From positions 1 through 47,606 of IMG/VR virus record IMGVR_UViG_3300042262_000189: 47,606 bases of DNA, one strand, 5' to 3'. Below, one piece after another: positions 9,155 through 17,982 of this stretch (the first letter of the stretch is position 1; each line of letters starts with the position of its first letter). Both the position numbers and the translations under genes were made by a program. The DNA is from a virus (taxonomy: Duplodnaviria; Caudoviricetes). Under the pieces are notes generated by a model that was not told where the DNA came from, made no database searches, and worked only from the letters and a program-made list of their open reading frames with translations.

Positions 9155-9772
9155 TACACAACACAGAAGAGCATCTGCGGTTAGCAGCCGCCCGGGTGGA
9201 TTGGGTTATGAGCCCGTCGCCCGGTGATGCTCTTTTGTCTTGTGTAAAAAGGGCGGTGCCAGAAACAAAGGGGAACTGACACCGCCAAACTACACACAGC
9301 ACAGTAAAAAAGGTTGTGGCGGTGGTGCCTCCACCTGCCGGTATTAGCCAATCTCGGCGACGTACACTGCCCGGAAACGTACTCAGTGAACGGGTTGGCT
9401 CGTCACGTGCGCATAGCCGCAATTACCACAACGGTAAGAGCACTGCCGCCACCCCTTGCGGGATAACCCGTCTGTCTGCCTGGCGGTAGGGCGTTTCCTG
9501 GCATCTTCAGTGCTCTTTCCTGTTGTGTCCCCGTCTCTTCCAGGGTGTCACACCGTATCGCCACGATGGTGGATCGCTGTCGTGCATACCGACACTGACT
9601 TGCACATTCCGGTTGTACTGAGAGCGCATGGATCAAGGGACTCTCAGGCCGCTGACGCTGCATGTGCCATACAACGGTTGCAAATATTGCCGTTCACAAC
9701 TGGAAGCGCACTCCTTCAGTAACAAACCAGTCCCCACGACCGATGGAAGATGGAATGCGCTTTCATGTTGTG
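9155..9772 (-). repeat. Three related long inverted-repeat stems, probable RNase III sites, in the pL leader
   Basis: Arms 9155-9175/9226-9246, 9427-9445/9508-9527 and 9695-9714/9752-9772 share CACAAC..AAGnGCA. Confidence 0.75.
9246..9300 (-). ncRNA. DicF-like small RNA
   Basis: Minus strand GTTTGGCGGTGTCAGTT...ACCGCCCTTTTT resembles E. coli Qin DicF (GTTTGGCGGTATCAGTT...GCCGCCC, recalled) in the same operon context. Confidence 0.7.
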
Positions 9773-9897
9773 TATCTGCTTTTACCCACATCAGGTGAGG
9801 TGGATCCTGGTTATTCCCCGACAACAAGGATTCGGGTAATCTGGATGACTCTGGTCTAATTGGTTGAAATAAAGTGGAACTACTTTCTTTAAGGAAT

Positions 9898-10389
9898 ATG
9901 CTTTTAACTTTGGCATTGATACTTCCGATGGCGTCAAACGCTTCTGATGCTTCAGACCAACCAAGCAGCAGTCTAAGTGATGGCGTTGAAACCTTTTCAA
10001 TTGCCTGCTTTGGTATGCCTCAACAGACAACTATCGATATGGATGCATGCTTAGGGGCTCAATTGACTCAGGTTGAATGGGTTAAGGACAAGTACTTGGT
10101 AACAGCCCAAAATCGTTTAAAACAAGACAATAAAGATGACCCTCAGCATCTACAGGAACTGACCACTGCTTTTGAGGCGGAAAATAAAGCATGGACTGAT
10201 TTAATCGAGAGAGCTTCGGCGTCAGTGAAAGTTGATTATGCCGGCGGCACGATCGTTGGTTCGGAAGTTACAACACGCAAAATTGGTCTGTATGAATTAC
10301 AAGTGCATGATATCTGGGAGCACTGGTTGCGATTTGAGGATTCAACACCTCCACTTTTACCAGAACCCAAGTTCAAATCTGACCAATAG
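9898..10389 (+). CDS. Secreted LprI/DUF1311-like (lysozyme inhibitor family) moron protein
   Basis: Signal peptide; C-x6-TTIDMDAC motif; AAGGA RBS; own terminator. Confidence 0.7.
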   Translation: MLLTLALILPMASNASDASDQPSSSLSDGVETFSIACFGMPQQTTIDMDACLGAQLTQVEWVKDKYLVTAQNRLKQDNKDDPQHLQELTTAFEAENKAWTDLIERASASVKVDYAGGTIVGSEVTTRKIGLYELQVHDIWEHWLRFEDSTPPLLPEPKFKSDQ

Positions 10390-10398
10390 TCATCCAGA

Positions 10399-10410
10399 TT
10401 GTTAAAGAGC
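10399..10410 (-). promoter_or_regulatory. boxA antitermination element of the pL transcript
   Basis: GCTCTTTAACAA on minus strand, ~100 nt after the pL start. Confidence 0.8.
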
Positions 10411-10411
10411 T

Positions 10412-10435
10412 AAGCGTCCTACGGGGCGCTTTTTT
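10412..10435 (+). terminator. Terminator of the LprI-like moron
   Basis: AAGCGTCC-tacg-GGGCGCTT followed by T run. Confidence 0.75.
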
Positions 10436-10517
10436 CATATCTGCGAATCATCCCGGTCTTCGTATGCCCCGGTCGGCTACTTCGTGGGCGTCCTGCCTGT
10501 TCGCTGTTGATGAATAA

Positions 10518-10570
10518 AATCTAACTTAACTTAGTATTTGGGTCAAGAGAAAACACCAAACATTTCTTAG
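10518..10570 (-). promoter_or_regulatory. pL promoter and OL operators
   Basis: TTGACC-17-TAGATT on minus strand; CTAA-N6-TTAG at 10521-10534 and degenerate copy at 10557-10570. Confidence 0.8.
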
Positions 10571-10597
10571 TTTGGTGTTGGGTGGGGTTAATTATGA

Positions 10598-11224
10598 TTA
10601 GAGTTCGTACTGAACGCCTTTCACTACACCTATGATGATGCAGTTGCCATTAATGGCGATATTGGGGTAGCGAGGATTTAGCGGGACGAGGAATTTTTGT
10701 GAACCATCAATAACCAGTTTTTTTACTGTTGCTTCATTTGTGCCATCGATACGGGCAACAACAATTTTACCATGCTGGGGTTCGATGTCCGGGTCAACAA
10801 TCACTGTCGCGCCCTCAGGTATGGTTGGTAAGCCATTGGGGTTAGTCATTGAGTCGCCCTTAACTTCGAGCGCGAAGGAGTTATCACCTATCCGCAATGA
10901 GGTTTCGACCCATTTATCTGCATCATGAAGTACATCTTCAGCTTTAGATTCTGTAAATAAACCAGCCTGTACCCATGAAATTACAGGTACCCTTCGCATT
11001 TTAGTAATCAGGTTACCTTCAAATTCTGTACCGTAGAGAATGTAATCTATTGATGTATTGAAAAATTTAGCAAGTTTAGATAACGACTCGCCGCCTGGAA
11101 CGTTGACATCTTTTTCCCAATACCCCACCGCAACATCACTAACGCCACAAAATTTACCGAGTTCCTTTTGTGAGGTTTTGGTGATCCGCCTTAGCGATTT
11201 TATTCGTTGTCCGACAGTTTCCAT
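10598..11224 (-). CDS. cI: CI repressor (HTH + S24 autopeptidase)
   Basis: N-terminal HTH, VQAG cleavage site, GDSM and TVKKL catalytic motifs. Confidence 0.95.
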   Translation of the reverse strand: METVGQRIKSLRRITKTSQKELGKFCGVSDVAVGYWEKDVNVPGGESLSKLAKFFNTSIDYILYGTEFEGNLITKMRRVPVISWVQAGLFTESKAEDVLHDADKWVETSLRIGDNSFALEVKGDSMTNPNGLPTIPEGATVIVDPDIEPQHGKIVVARIDGTNEATVKKLVIDGSQKFLVPLNPRYPNIAINGNCIIIGVVKGVQYEL

Positions 11225-11247
11225 TAGTACACCAGTAGTCAATTAAG

Positions 11248-11310
11248 CTAAGCAATCTTAGTTTTTATTGACCTAAGATAGATTGGTAATTATTATCTAA
11301 TTTAACTTAG
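11248..11310 (+). promoter_or_regulatory. pR promoter with three OR operators
   Basis: TTGACC(11268)-17-TATTAT(11291); CTAA-N6-TTAG/TTGG at 11248, 11273 and 11297. Confidence 0.85.
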
Positions 11311-11324
11311 CTAAAGGAGCCGTT

Positions 11325-11534
11325 ATGACCACCGATGATGTTGAAAAGTACTTTGGAAACGCTGAGAAGGTAGCCGAGTTCTTCGGCATATCTAGCGAAG
11401 CTGTTTATCAGTGGCGGAACAGGCCTGGACGCTTGATCCCAAAAGGGAGGGCTGCTGAAGCTGCTTACCGCACCGCTGGGAAACTAGTTTTCCAGCCGGA
11501 GCTATATCGCAAGCCTAAAGAACAAAGCGTTTGA
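11325..11534 (+). CDS. cro: Cro/DicC-like regulator
   Basis: Divergent from cI; HTH VAEFFGISSEAVYQW. Confidence 0.9.
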   Translation: MTTDDVEKYFGNAEKVAEFFGISSEAVYQWRNRPGRLIPKGRAAEAAYRTAGKLVFQPELYRKPKEQSV

Positions 11535-11562
11535 TAGAAACCACAGAGATAAGGGGTAAGCC

Positions 11563-12114
11563 GTGGGGATAGATCCTGAATGGAAAATCGATAAGCAACC
11601 GGCATGGCTGGTGGCAGCAATCAAAAAGACGATCACCGATTTGGATGGTGGTTATGAAGAGGCCGCAGAATGGCTCGGTGTTACTGAAAACGCATTATTT
11701 AACCGCTTACGTGCTGATGGCGATCAGATTTTTCCTCTCGGTTGGGCAATGGTCCTGCAGCGGGCTGGTGGGTTAAATCATATCGCCAATGCGATAGCGC
11801 GCCACTCGAACGGGGTCTTTGTACCGCTGGCAGATATTGATGATGTGGACAACGCCGATATTAACCAGCGCCTGATGGAGTCTATCGAGTGGATCGGAAA
11901 GCACTCGCAGTATCTCCGTAAAGCTACAGCTGACGGTGTTATTGACCAGGCCGAACGCGAGCAGATTGAGGAGAACAGCTATCAGGTGATGGCGAAATGG
12001 CAGGAACATCTGACGTTGCTTTTCCGCGTCTTCTGTCAGCCAGAAAAGAGTGACGCCCGCGAGTGTGCAGCTCCGGGCGTCGTGGCAGATAAATCAACGT
12101 GTATGGAGAAATGA
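11563..12114 (+). CDS. CII-like regulator (YmfL family)
   Basis: GGYEEAAEWLGVTENALFNRLR, DGVID; follows cro. Confidence 0.85.
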   Translation: MGIDPEWKIDKQPAWLVAAIKKTITDLDGGYEEAAEWLGVTENALFNRLRADGDQIFPLGWAMVLQRAGGLNHIANAIARHSNGVFVPLADIDDVDNADINQRLMESIEWIGKHSQYLRKATADGVIDQAEREQIEENSYQVMAKWQEHLTLLFRVFCQPEKSDARECAAPGVVADKSTCMEK

Positions 12115-12119
12115 TCCGC

Positions 12120-12446
12120 ATGAGCAATTTAATCGTAAATCTTCACTTACCGCAACTACGGATGTACCCGGTCCCGGGTGTTTCGTCGTTTCGGTATGAG
12201 CGCATGGTAGGCGGAAAGTGGGTCGAATGTAACCACAGTAGGGCGCGTGGAGTTGTGGGGGTCTTTAACCGGAGGGCTAGGGCGTTATGCGAGAAGTTAA
12301 CCGGAAGTTCAAAGACCACTACGGTAAGCCCGTCAAGGTCATCCGCTGGGAGCCAGAAACGCAGCGTGTCATCTTCCTGCGAGAAGGGTATCCCCATGAG
12401 TGCTTTAGCCCACTCGATCAGTTCAAACGTAAGTTCAGGGAAGTAG
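12120..12446 (+). CDS. Possible hypothetical protein; 3' half overlaps the next gene
   Basis: GGAG RBS at 12105; open frame. Confidence 0.35.
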   Translation: MSNLIVNLHLPQLRMYPVPGVSSFRYERMVGGKWVECNHSRARGVVGVFNRRARALCEKLTGSSKTTTVSPSRSSAGSQKRSVSSSCEKGIPMSALAHSISSNVSSGK

Positions 12447-12466
12447 AGGGCAGCCATGAGCAGTAA
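12287..12466 (+). CDS. DUF4222-like 59-aa protein (not in ORF track)
   Basis: MREVNRKFKDHYGKPVKVIRWEPETQRVIFLREGYPHECFSPLDQFKRKF...; GGAGG RBS. Confidence 0.8.
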   Translation: MREVNRKFKDHYGKPVKVIRWEPETQRVIFLREGYPHECFSPLDQFKRKFREVEGSHEQ

Positions 12467-13367
12467 ATTGCACGGTCTGGTTTGGGAAGCATGTGCTTTC
12501 AAAGGCCTGATCATATCCGAAATAGCGGTCATGGCCCGCCTGGCTGACTTCAGTAACGATGAAGGCGTGTCCTGGCCAGCGGTAACTACAATTCAGCGCC
12601 AGATAGGCGCTAAGAGCGAGAACACTGTACGCAGTGCTATTAAAAAACTGGAAGCAAAAGGGTGGCTGAAGAAACAAGAGCGCCGGGTTGGTGGGAAGAA
12701 TAACTCGAACGTCTACAAACTTAACGTAGACATGCTGGAGCGTGCAGCTGCAGAGGCAAAACTTTTCTATTCACCTCCTAAGGAGCAATCAAAATTTGAG
12801 GCCTCAGAAATTGATGGTTCAAAATTTGAAGGGTCAAAATATGAGGCCTCAAATAATGGGTCTGCACCCCCTCAAATATTGCCGGGGGACCCCTCAATGG
12901 TTGAAGGCGATCCGTCATTAGATCCGTCATTAGATCCGTCATTTAAAAAACCTTCTTGTCGGGCTTCTTCGAAACCCGACGATAAGTCGGATCCTGAAGT
13001 GGTTATTACCGACAACGCGATCGAAGTTCTGGCGCATCTAAACCAGGTCAGCGGTTCCCGTTTCCAGAAATCAAAATCCTCCCTGGAAAACATCCGTGCC
13101 CGTCTACGCGATGGACATGCCGTCAGCGACCTGAAACTGGTTATCGATCTGAAGCATGAGCACTGGCATGAAAACGACGAGCAATACCAGTACATGCGAC
13201 CTGAGACGCTCTTTGGCCCAAAAAAATTCGAAGGCTATCTGCAAAGCGCTATCCGCTGGGATGCTAAAGGCCGGCCGCTAAGAGAGGCTTGGGACAAAAA
13301 CAAGCCACGAGATATCAATTCAGTAAGTCCGGTACAAAACACAATTCCAGCGGGGTTCCGGGGATGA
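12456..13367 (+). CDS. Replication initiator (O-like)
   Basis: N-terminal wHTH, central iterons, YMRPETLFGPKKFEGYL conserved phage C-terminal domain. Confidence 0.9.
   Translation: MSSKLHGLVWEACAFKGLIISEIAVMARLADFSNDEGVSWPAVTTIQRQIGAKSENTVRSAIKKLEAKGWLKKQERRVGGKNNSNVYKLNVDMLERAAAEAKLFYSPPKEQSKFEASEIDGSKFEGSKYEASNNGSAPPQILPGDPSMVEGDPSLDPSLDPSFKKPSCRASSKPDDKSDPEVVITDNAIEVLAHLNQVSGSRFQKSKSSLENIRARLRDGHAVSDLKLVIDLKHEHWHENDEQYQYMRPETLFGPKKFEGYLQSAIRWDAKGRPLREAWDKNKPRDINSVSPVQNTIPAGFRG
12789..12944. repeat. Probable phage ori iterons within the initiator gene
   Basis: 15-bp period TCAAAATTTGAGGCC-like repeats (12789-12860) plus three tandem GATCCGTCATT(A) (12909-12944). Confidence 0.75.
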
Positions 13368-13825
13368 TCATTGCGAAATCGGCATTCGAGTTTATCGAGA
13401 AAAACCCAGGGGTGATGATGCGGGACATCATTGCAGCATTCCCTCAGTGCAACCCAATGTCTGTGAAAAACGCGGTACACCGCCTGTACTACGAGGGCCG
13501 TCTGGCGAGTTCCCAAACGTCGAGTGGCTATCGTTATCGTGTCGCCGGTAACCCTGATGGAAATGACCAAATCCAGCCAGAGGACACCTCCGAAGCAATG
13601 CGCAATCTGGAACTGGTAGCGAGAACTCTGGAAAGCCAGTGCTACTTCCGCCGGGCGGCGACGGTCTGGCAGCAGCTGTGCGATTCAAACTGCAGCGTTA
13701 AATCCAGAGAGCGTTATATGCGGATGAAAAATCAGTGTGTACGCAATGCCAAAAGTGGGACGAATTCCAGCGGAATTTCTATGCCGGCAGGTAATTACTG
13801 CGGAGGTGACCTGTGCTCCGATTGA
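13364..13825 (+). CDS. wHTH + PerC-family protein
   Basis: ARTLESQCYFRRAATVW PerC-like motif; ATGA coupled to the initiator. Confidence 0.75.
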   Translation: MIIAKSAFEFIEKNPGVMMRDIIAAFPQCNPMSVKNAVHRLYYEGRLASSQTSSGYRYRVAGNPDGNDQIQPEDTSEAMRNLELVARTLESQCYFRRAATVWQQLCDSNCSVKSRERYMRMKNQCVRNAKSGTNSSGISMPAGNYCGGDLCSD

Positions 13826-13998
13826 TTTGCTCGATCCGCCGCCGACTTCGGCTCAATCACTGGCGAACCTGGTGGCGACACGATGTTTTATTCCGCAGAA
13901 ATTTTGCGTTACTCACCAGGGGCCTGTTTAGCTTTGACCGTCGTTACTGGTTTCTGAGGGCACTTGTACGAGCAGATCTGCGCAGGGGGAAACTATGA
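13813..13998 (+). CDS. Small basic hypothetical protein
   Basis: GGAGG RBS; coupled to next gene. Confidence 0.55.
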   Translation: MLRLICSIRRRLRLNHWRTWWRHDVLFRRNFALLTRGLFSFDRRYWFLRALVRADLRRGKL

Positions 13999-14945
13999 GC
14001 CAGGAAGTGCAGGACATGATGATCGAAGAAGAAAATACCGAAGCTAAGACTGTCAGCCCTTATTGCCTGGCTCTTGAAGAACAGCGCCAGTGCAGCGCCC
14101 ATTACCTGAAAGATGTAGGGGATCAATGGCGTACTCCGGATCTACTGTTCTGGGGGATCAACGCGATGTTCGGTCCGTTGGTTCTGGATCTGTTCGCTGA
14201 CGAAAGCAACGCAAAATGCCCGGCATGGTACACCGCTGAAGACAATGCGCTGACGCAGGACTGGTCAGGTCGCCTGGTAGAACTCGGCGGCGCGGCCTTT
14301 GCTAACCCGCCGTACAGTCGCTCGCAGTACCATGAAAAACAAGCCATCACCGGCATGGCTCATATCATGAACTATACCACCGAGCAGCGTGAAAAGGGCG
14401 GTCGCTACATTTACCTTGTGAAGTCAGCAACAAGCGAAACATGGTGGCCGGAAGATGCTGATCACATCATGTTTATTCGTGGTCGAATTGGATTCGATCT
14501 ACCTGCGTGGTTTGTGCCGGCCGACGAAAAGCAGAAGCCCACCAGCGCGTTCTTTGCGGGGGCCATTGCGGTATTTGATAAGACCTGGCGCGGCGAGAGC
14601 TTTAGCTATATCCACCGCTCCGACCTGGAAGCTAAAGGCCAGGCATTTATGAGACTGGCTAAGTTTGCAGTTGGCAATATTCCAGGACAGATGAGTCCTC
14701 AGCTGACCGCAGTAGAACCACCTGCAGCACCCGCGGAATTACCGGAGACGGAATCACGTATCTGGCCATTGGAAGTAGGGCTGTTGTTTCGACAGGTTGA
14801 AGGAGCTGAAGGGATGGAGTTGTCCCATCAAAACAGGCTGAAAGCACATATTAACCAGCTCTGGCTGGAGCGTATGCCCACCAGTGAAATCATCGTTATT
14901 GCTGGTGGACTGGTAGAAAGCATGCAGGGGGTGACGCATGCGTGA
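13995..14945 (+). CDS. Phage N6-adenine DNA methyltransferase (Dam-type)
   Basis: DQWRTP, LDLFA, NPPYS, GRIGF. Confidence 0.9.
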   Translation: MSQEVQDMMIEEENTEAKTVSPYCLALEEQRQCSAHYLKDVGDQWRTPDLLFWGINAMFGPLVLDLFADESNAKCPAWYTAEDNALTQDWSGRLVELGGAAFANPPYSRSQYHEKQAITGMAHIMNYTTEQREKGGRYIYLVKSATSETWWPEDADHIMFIRGRIGFDLPAWFVPADEKQKPTSAFFAGAIAVFDKTWRGESFSYIHRSDLEAKGQAFMRLAKFAVGNIPGQMSPQLTAVEPPAAPAELPETESRIWPLEVGLLFRQVEGAEGMELSHQNRLKAHINQLWLERMPTSEIIVIAGGLVESMQGVTHA

Positions 14946-17025
14946 GCTCATCGTTGATAACTTTGCTGGTGGCGGCGGTGCATCAACCGGGATCGAAATG
15001 GCGATCGGGCGCAGCGTTGATATTGCTATTAACCACGACGAGAACGCCGTGGCCATGCACCGCACTAACCATCCTGACACATTGCACTATTGCGAAAGCG
15101 TGTTTGATGTTTCTCCTGCTGCTGCCACCAGCGGCAAACCTGTAGGTCTCGCCTGGTTTTCGCCAGATTGTCGCCACTTCTCGAAGGCGAAAGGGGCGAA
15201 GCCTGTAGAAAAAGCCATCCGTGGGCTGGCGTGGATTGTCATTCGTTGGGCCCTGGATGTTGGCCCACGGGTGATGATGTTGGAGAACGTGGAGGAGTTC
15301 AAAACGTGGGGCCCGCTGCTGGCGGCAGAAATGCGCCCAGACCCTGCGCGCGTTGGCGAAACATTCCGGGCATTTGTCGGCATGCTAACAACTGGCATTC
15401 CTGCTGATCATCCTGCGCTGGTAGAGTGCTGCGAATTTCTGGAGCTCTCGCTGGAAAGCGAGCAGGCTCAGCGGCTGATTTCGGGGCTTGGTTACGATCT
15501 GGATTGCCGTGAACTGCGTGCATCCGACCTTGGAACCCCAACCATCCGTAAAAGATTCTTCATGGTGATGCGTCGTGATGATCAGCCTATTGTCTGGCCG
15601 GAGACTACACACGGGGATCCGAAATCGGCGGCGGTACTGGCAGGTAAGCTGGCACCGTTTCGCACCGCGGCGGAATGCATTGATTGGTCTATTGCCGCCC
15701 GGTCGATATTCGACCGCAAAAAGCCGCTGGCAGAGAATACGCTCAAGCGCATAGCCCGCGGCATTCAGCGTTTCGTTATCGACAGCGCGAATCCATTTAT
15801 TGTGAAATGCAACCACACAACCACCCGTGGCAAATACGACTGTTTTCGGGGGCAGGCCCTGGCCGATCCTCTACAGACGATTACCAAAACTCATGGGTAT
15901 GCAATCGCGGTACCTCACCTGACAAAATTCCGCACCGGCGCCACCGGGCAGCCAGTTACCGACCCGGTACCTACGGTGACCGCCGGCACGTCAAAACGCC
16001 CGGGCGGGAATGGTCATGCGCTGGGTGTCGTTGAAGCTGAGCTGGCGCCGTTCCTGGCCGGAAATGGTGGCAGCGAGTACCAGGCTAAGCCACGGCCACT
16101 GGATAAACCTGCTCACACCATCCTGAAAGAGTCCCGCGCCTGTATCGTTGCGCCGGTCATTGCGCGCCAGTTTGGTGGAAGCATCGGTCACCGCGCGGAT
16201 GAACCCAGTGCAACAATCACCGCGGGTGGCGGCGGTAAATCGCAGCTGGTTGTGCCGACGCTCATTCAAATGGGATACGGAGAACGGCCAGGGCAGGCAC
16301 CTCGCGTGCCAGGGCTGGACAAACCGCTGGGTACCGTTGTAGCTGGTGGCGGAAAGCATGCTGTTGTCGGGGCGTTCTTGGCGAAACACTACGGCGGGAA
16401 TTATCAGGGCTCCGGCGTAGGACTGGATGAGCCCGCCCACTCGGTGACGACGGTTGATCATCATGCACTGGTTACGGCCCAGGTTGTTGGCGTTGGTGGG
16501 CGAGCAGGGCAGAGCCGCCCGCGTGATGTTAGCGAACCGCTGCAGACAATGACCACTAAAGCCGACGCGGCAATAGTCTCGTCCCACCTGGTCAAACTGC
16601 GTGGGACCTGCCGCGACGGTCAGCGCGCTGACGAGCCGATGCCGACAATTACCGCCGGCGGCCAGCATGTGGGAGAAGTTAAAACGACACTGGCGGTCGA
16701 GGACTACGACGAAGAGCGCGCTCAGCAGGTGCTGGCATTTCTGCGGGAATACTGCGGGGAGGACAGCACCGGGCTGGTGGATATTGACGGCGTTACGTTC
16801 CGAATTGTTGATATCGGGATGCGCATGCTGCAACCGCATGAGCTCTATCGCGCGCAGGGCTTCCCTGAGTGGTACATCATCGACCGGGACTACCGCGGCG
16901 TGAAGTATTCGAAGGACAAGCAGGTTGCGCGCTGCGGAAACGCCGTGCCGCCGCCGTTCGCTGAGGCGCTGGTTAGGGCCAATCTGCCAGAAATGTGCGT
17001 TAACAAACAGGAGCGGGCAGCATGA
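14938..17025 (+). CDS. C5-cytosine DNA methyltransferase
   Basis: FAGGGG, SPDC, ENV, RKRFF, QGFP, GNAV. Confidence 0.93.
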   Translation: MRELIVDNFAGGGGASTGIEMAIGRSVDIAINHDENAVAMHRTNHPDTLHYCESVFDVSPAAATSGKPVGLAWFSPDCRHFSKAKGAKPVEKAIRGLAWIVIRWALDVGPRVMMLENVEEFKTWGPLLAAEMRPDPARVGETFRAFVGMLTTGIPADHPALVECCEFLELSLESEQAQRLISGLGYDLDCRELRASDLGTPTIRKRFFMVMRRDDQPIVWPETTHGDPKSAAVLAGKLAPFRTAAECIDWSIAARSIFDRKKPLAENTLKRIARGIQRFVIDSANPFIVKCNHTTTRGKYDCFRGQALADPLQTITKTHGYAIAVPHLTKFRTGATGQPVTDPVPTVTAGTSKRPGGNGHALGVVEAELAPFLAGNGGSEYQAKPRPLDKPAHTILKESRACIVAPVIARQFGGSIGHRADEPSATITAGGGGKSQLVVPTLIQMGYGERPGQAPRVPGLDKPLGTVVAGGGKHAVVGAFLAKHYGGNYQGSGVGLDEPAHSVTTVDHHALVTAQVVGVGGRAGQSRPRDVSEPLQTMTTKADAAIVSSHLVKLRGTCRDGQRADEPMPTITAGGQHVGEVKTTLAVEDYDEERAQQVLAFLREYCGEDSTGLVDIDGVTFRIVDIGMRMLQPHELYRAQGFPEWYIIDRDYRGVKYSKDKQVARCGNAVPPPFAEALVRANLPEMCVNKQERAA

Positions 17026-17495
17026 TGAAGTTAACTCTCAGGCAGCAGGAGGTTCTGAACCTCCTGATCGGGTACCAACGTAAGCATGGTTTCCCGCCTA
17101 CCACCTACGAACTGACCGGCATGTTGGGGTGCCGGTCCCCCAATGCGGCGGCAACCCACCTCAAGGCACTGGAGAGAAAAGGGGCCATCAAGATTACCCG
17201 CGGGGTTTCCCGCGGTATCAGCATCACCACTTCGCTTTTAACCAGGGAGGTTTCAGTTAACCTCAACAGCATCGTAAAGGTGAAGTTGAATGATATCGCC
17301 CTGAGATTTATGCAAGTCCAACACGATGAAAATCGTGCTCGTGCGCCAGGAATATTTGGTGAATTTGAGCCGCCGGCGACTGACGAAAATGGCTATTCGT
17401 CAATGACCCTATGGAGCCTCATGTCAGAGCTGGGGCAACTCTGCTATTGCGGTGGCGACGTGCCTTTCGAACTTAAAATGGTACTGGAGGAGTGA
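17022..17495 (+). CDS. LexA DNA-binding-domain protein
   Basis: LTLRQQEVL..GFPPT..SPNAAATHLKALERKG; no peptidase domain. Confidence 0.85.
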   Translation: MMKLTLRQQEVLNLLIGYQRKHGFPPTTYELTGMLGCRSPNAAATHLKALERKGAIKITRGVSRGISITTSLLTREVSVNLNSIVKVKLNDIALRFMQVQHDENRARAPGIFGEFEPPATDENGYSSMTLWSLMSELGQLCYCGGDVPFELKMVLEE

Positions 17496-17893
17496 TGAAA
17501 TTTTTACTTCCTTTTCCGCCCAGCGTGAATGCCTATTGGCGATCCCCAAATAAGGGGCCCGCAAAAGGCAAGCTTCTTGTCAGTGCTGCAGGCCGCAAGT
17601 TTAAGCATGCGGTGCGGGCAGCGGTCATTGAGCAATTGCGAGATATACCAAAGCCTTCATCGGCACCAGCAGCTGTAGAAATTATTCTTTACCCGCCGGA
17701 TTACCGCCGGCGAGACCTGGATAACTACAACAAGGCCCTGCTCGATGCTTTGACCTATGCCGGGATCTGGGAGGACGACAGCCAGGTAAAGCGCATGGCT
17801 ATAGAGTGGGGCGAGAATGTTAAGGGAGGGCGGGTAGAAATCACCATATCGGCGTATAAAAAAACGCTGGATGTTTGTTCAGTGGTAGGTTGA
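17492..17893 (+). CDS. rusA: Holliday junction resolvase
   Basis: PFPPSVN, RRDLDNYNKALLDAL, DDSQV. Confidence 0.93.
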   Translation: MMKFLLPFPPSVNAYWRSPNKGPAKGKLLVSAAGRKFKHAVRAAVIEQLRDIPKPSSAPAAVEIILYPPDYRRRDLDNYNKALLDALTYAGIWEDDSQVKRMAIEWGENVKGGRVEITISAYKKTLDVCSVVG

Positions 17894-17982
17894 AGTCTAT
17901 GCAACTTGCCAGTAATCTCAAAGGGTGCAAACGAAACGGGCGTGCAGGCCCGATCGTCACGTTAAAGTGTATGGAGAAAGCT

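Noticed and set aside
9155-9772. CRISPR array interpretation of the repeated stems
   Set aside because: Repeats are inverted pairs with irregular spacing, and no cas genes are present.
9099-9859. Several 60-110 aa ORFs in the pL leader
   Set aside because: No convincing RBS or protein features; RNA structure explains the region better, though tiny peptides are not excluded.
15991-16839. 282-aa minus-strand ORF
   Set aside because: Antisense shadow of the cytosine MTase.
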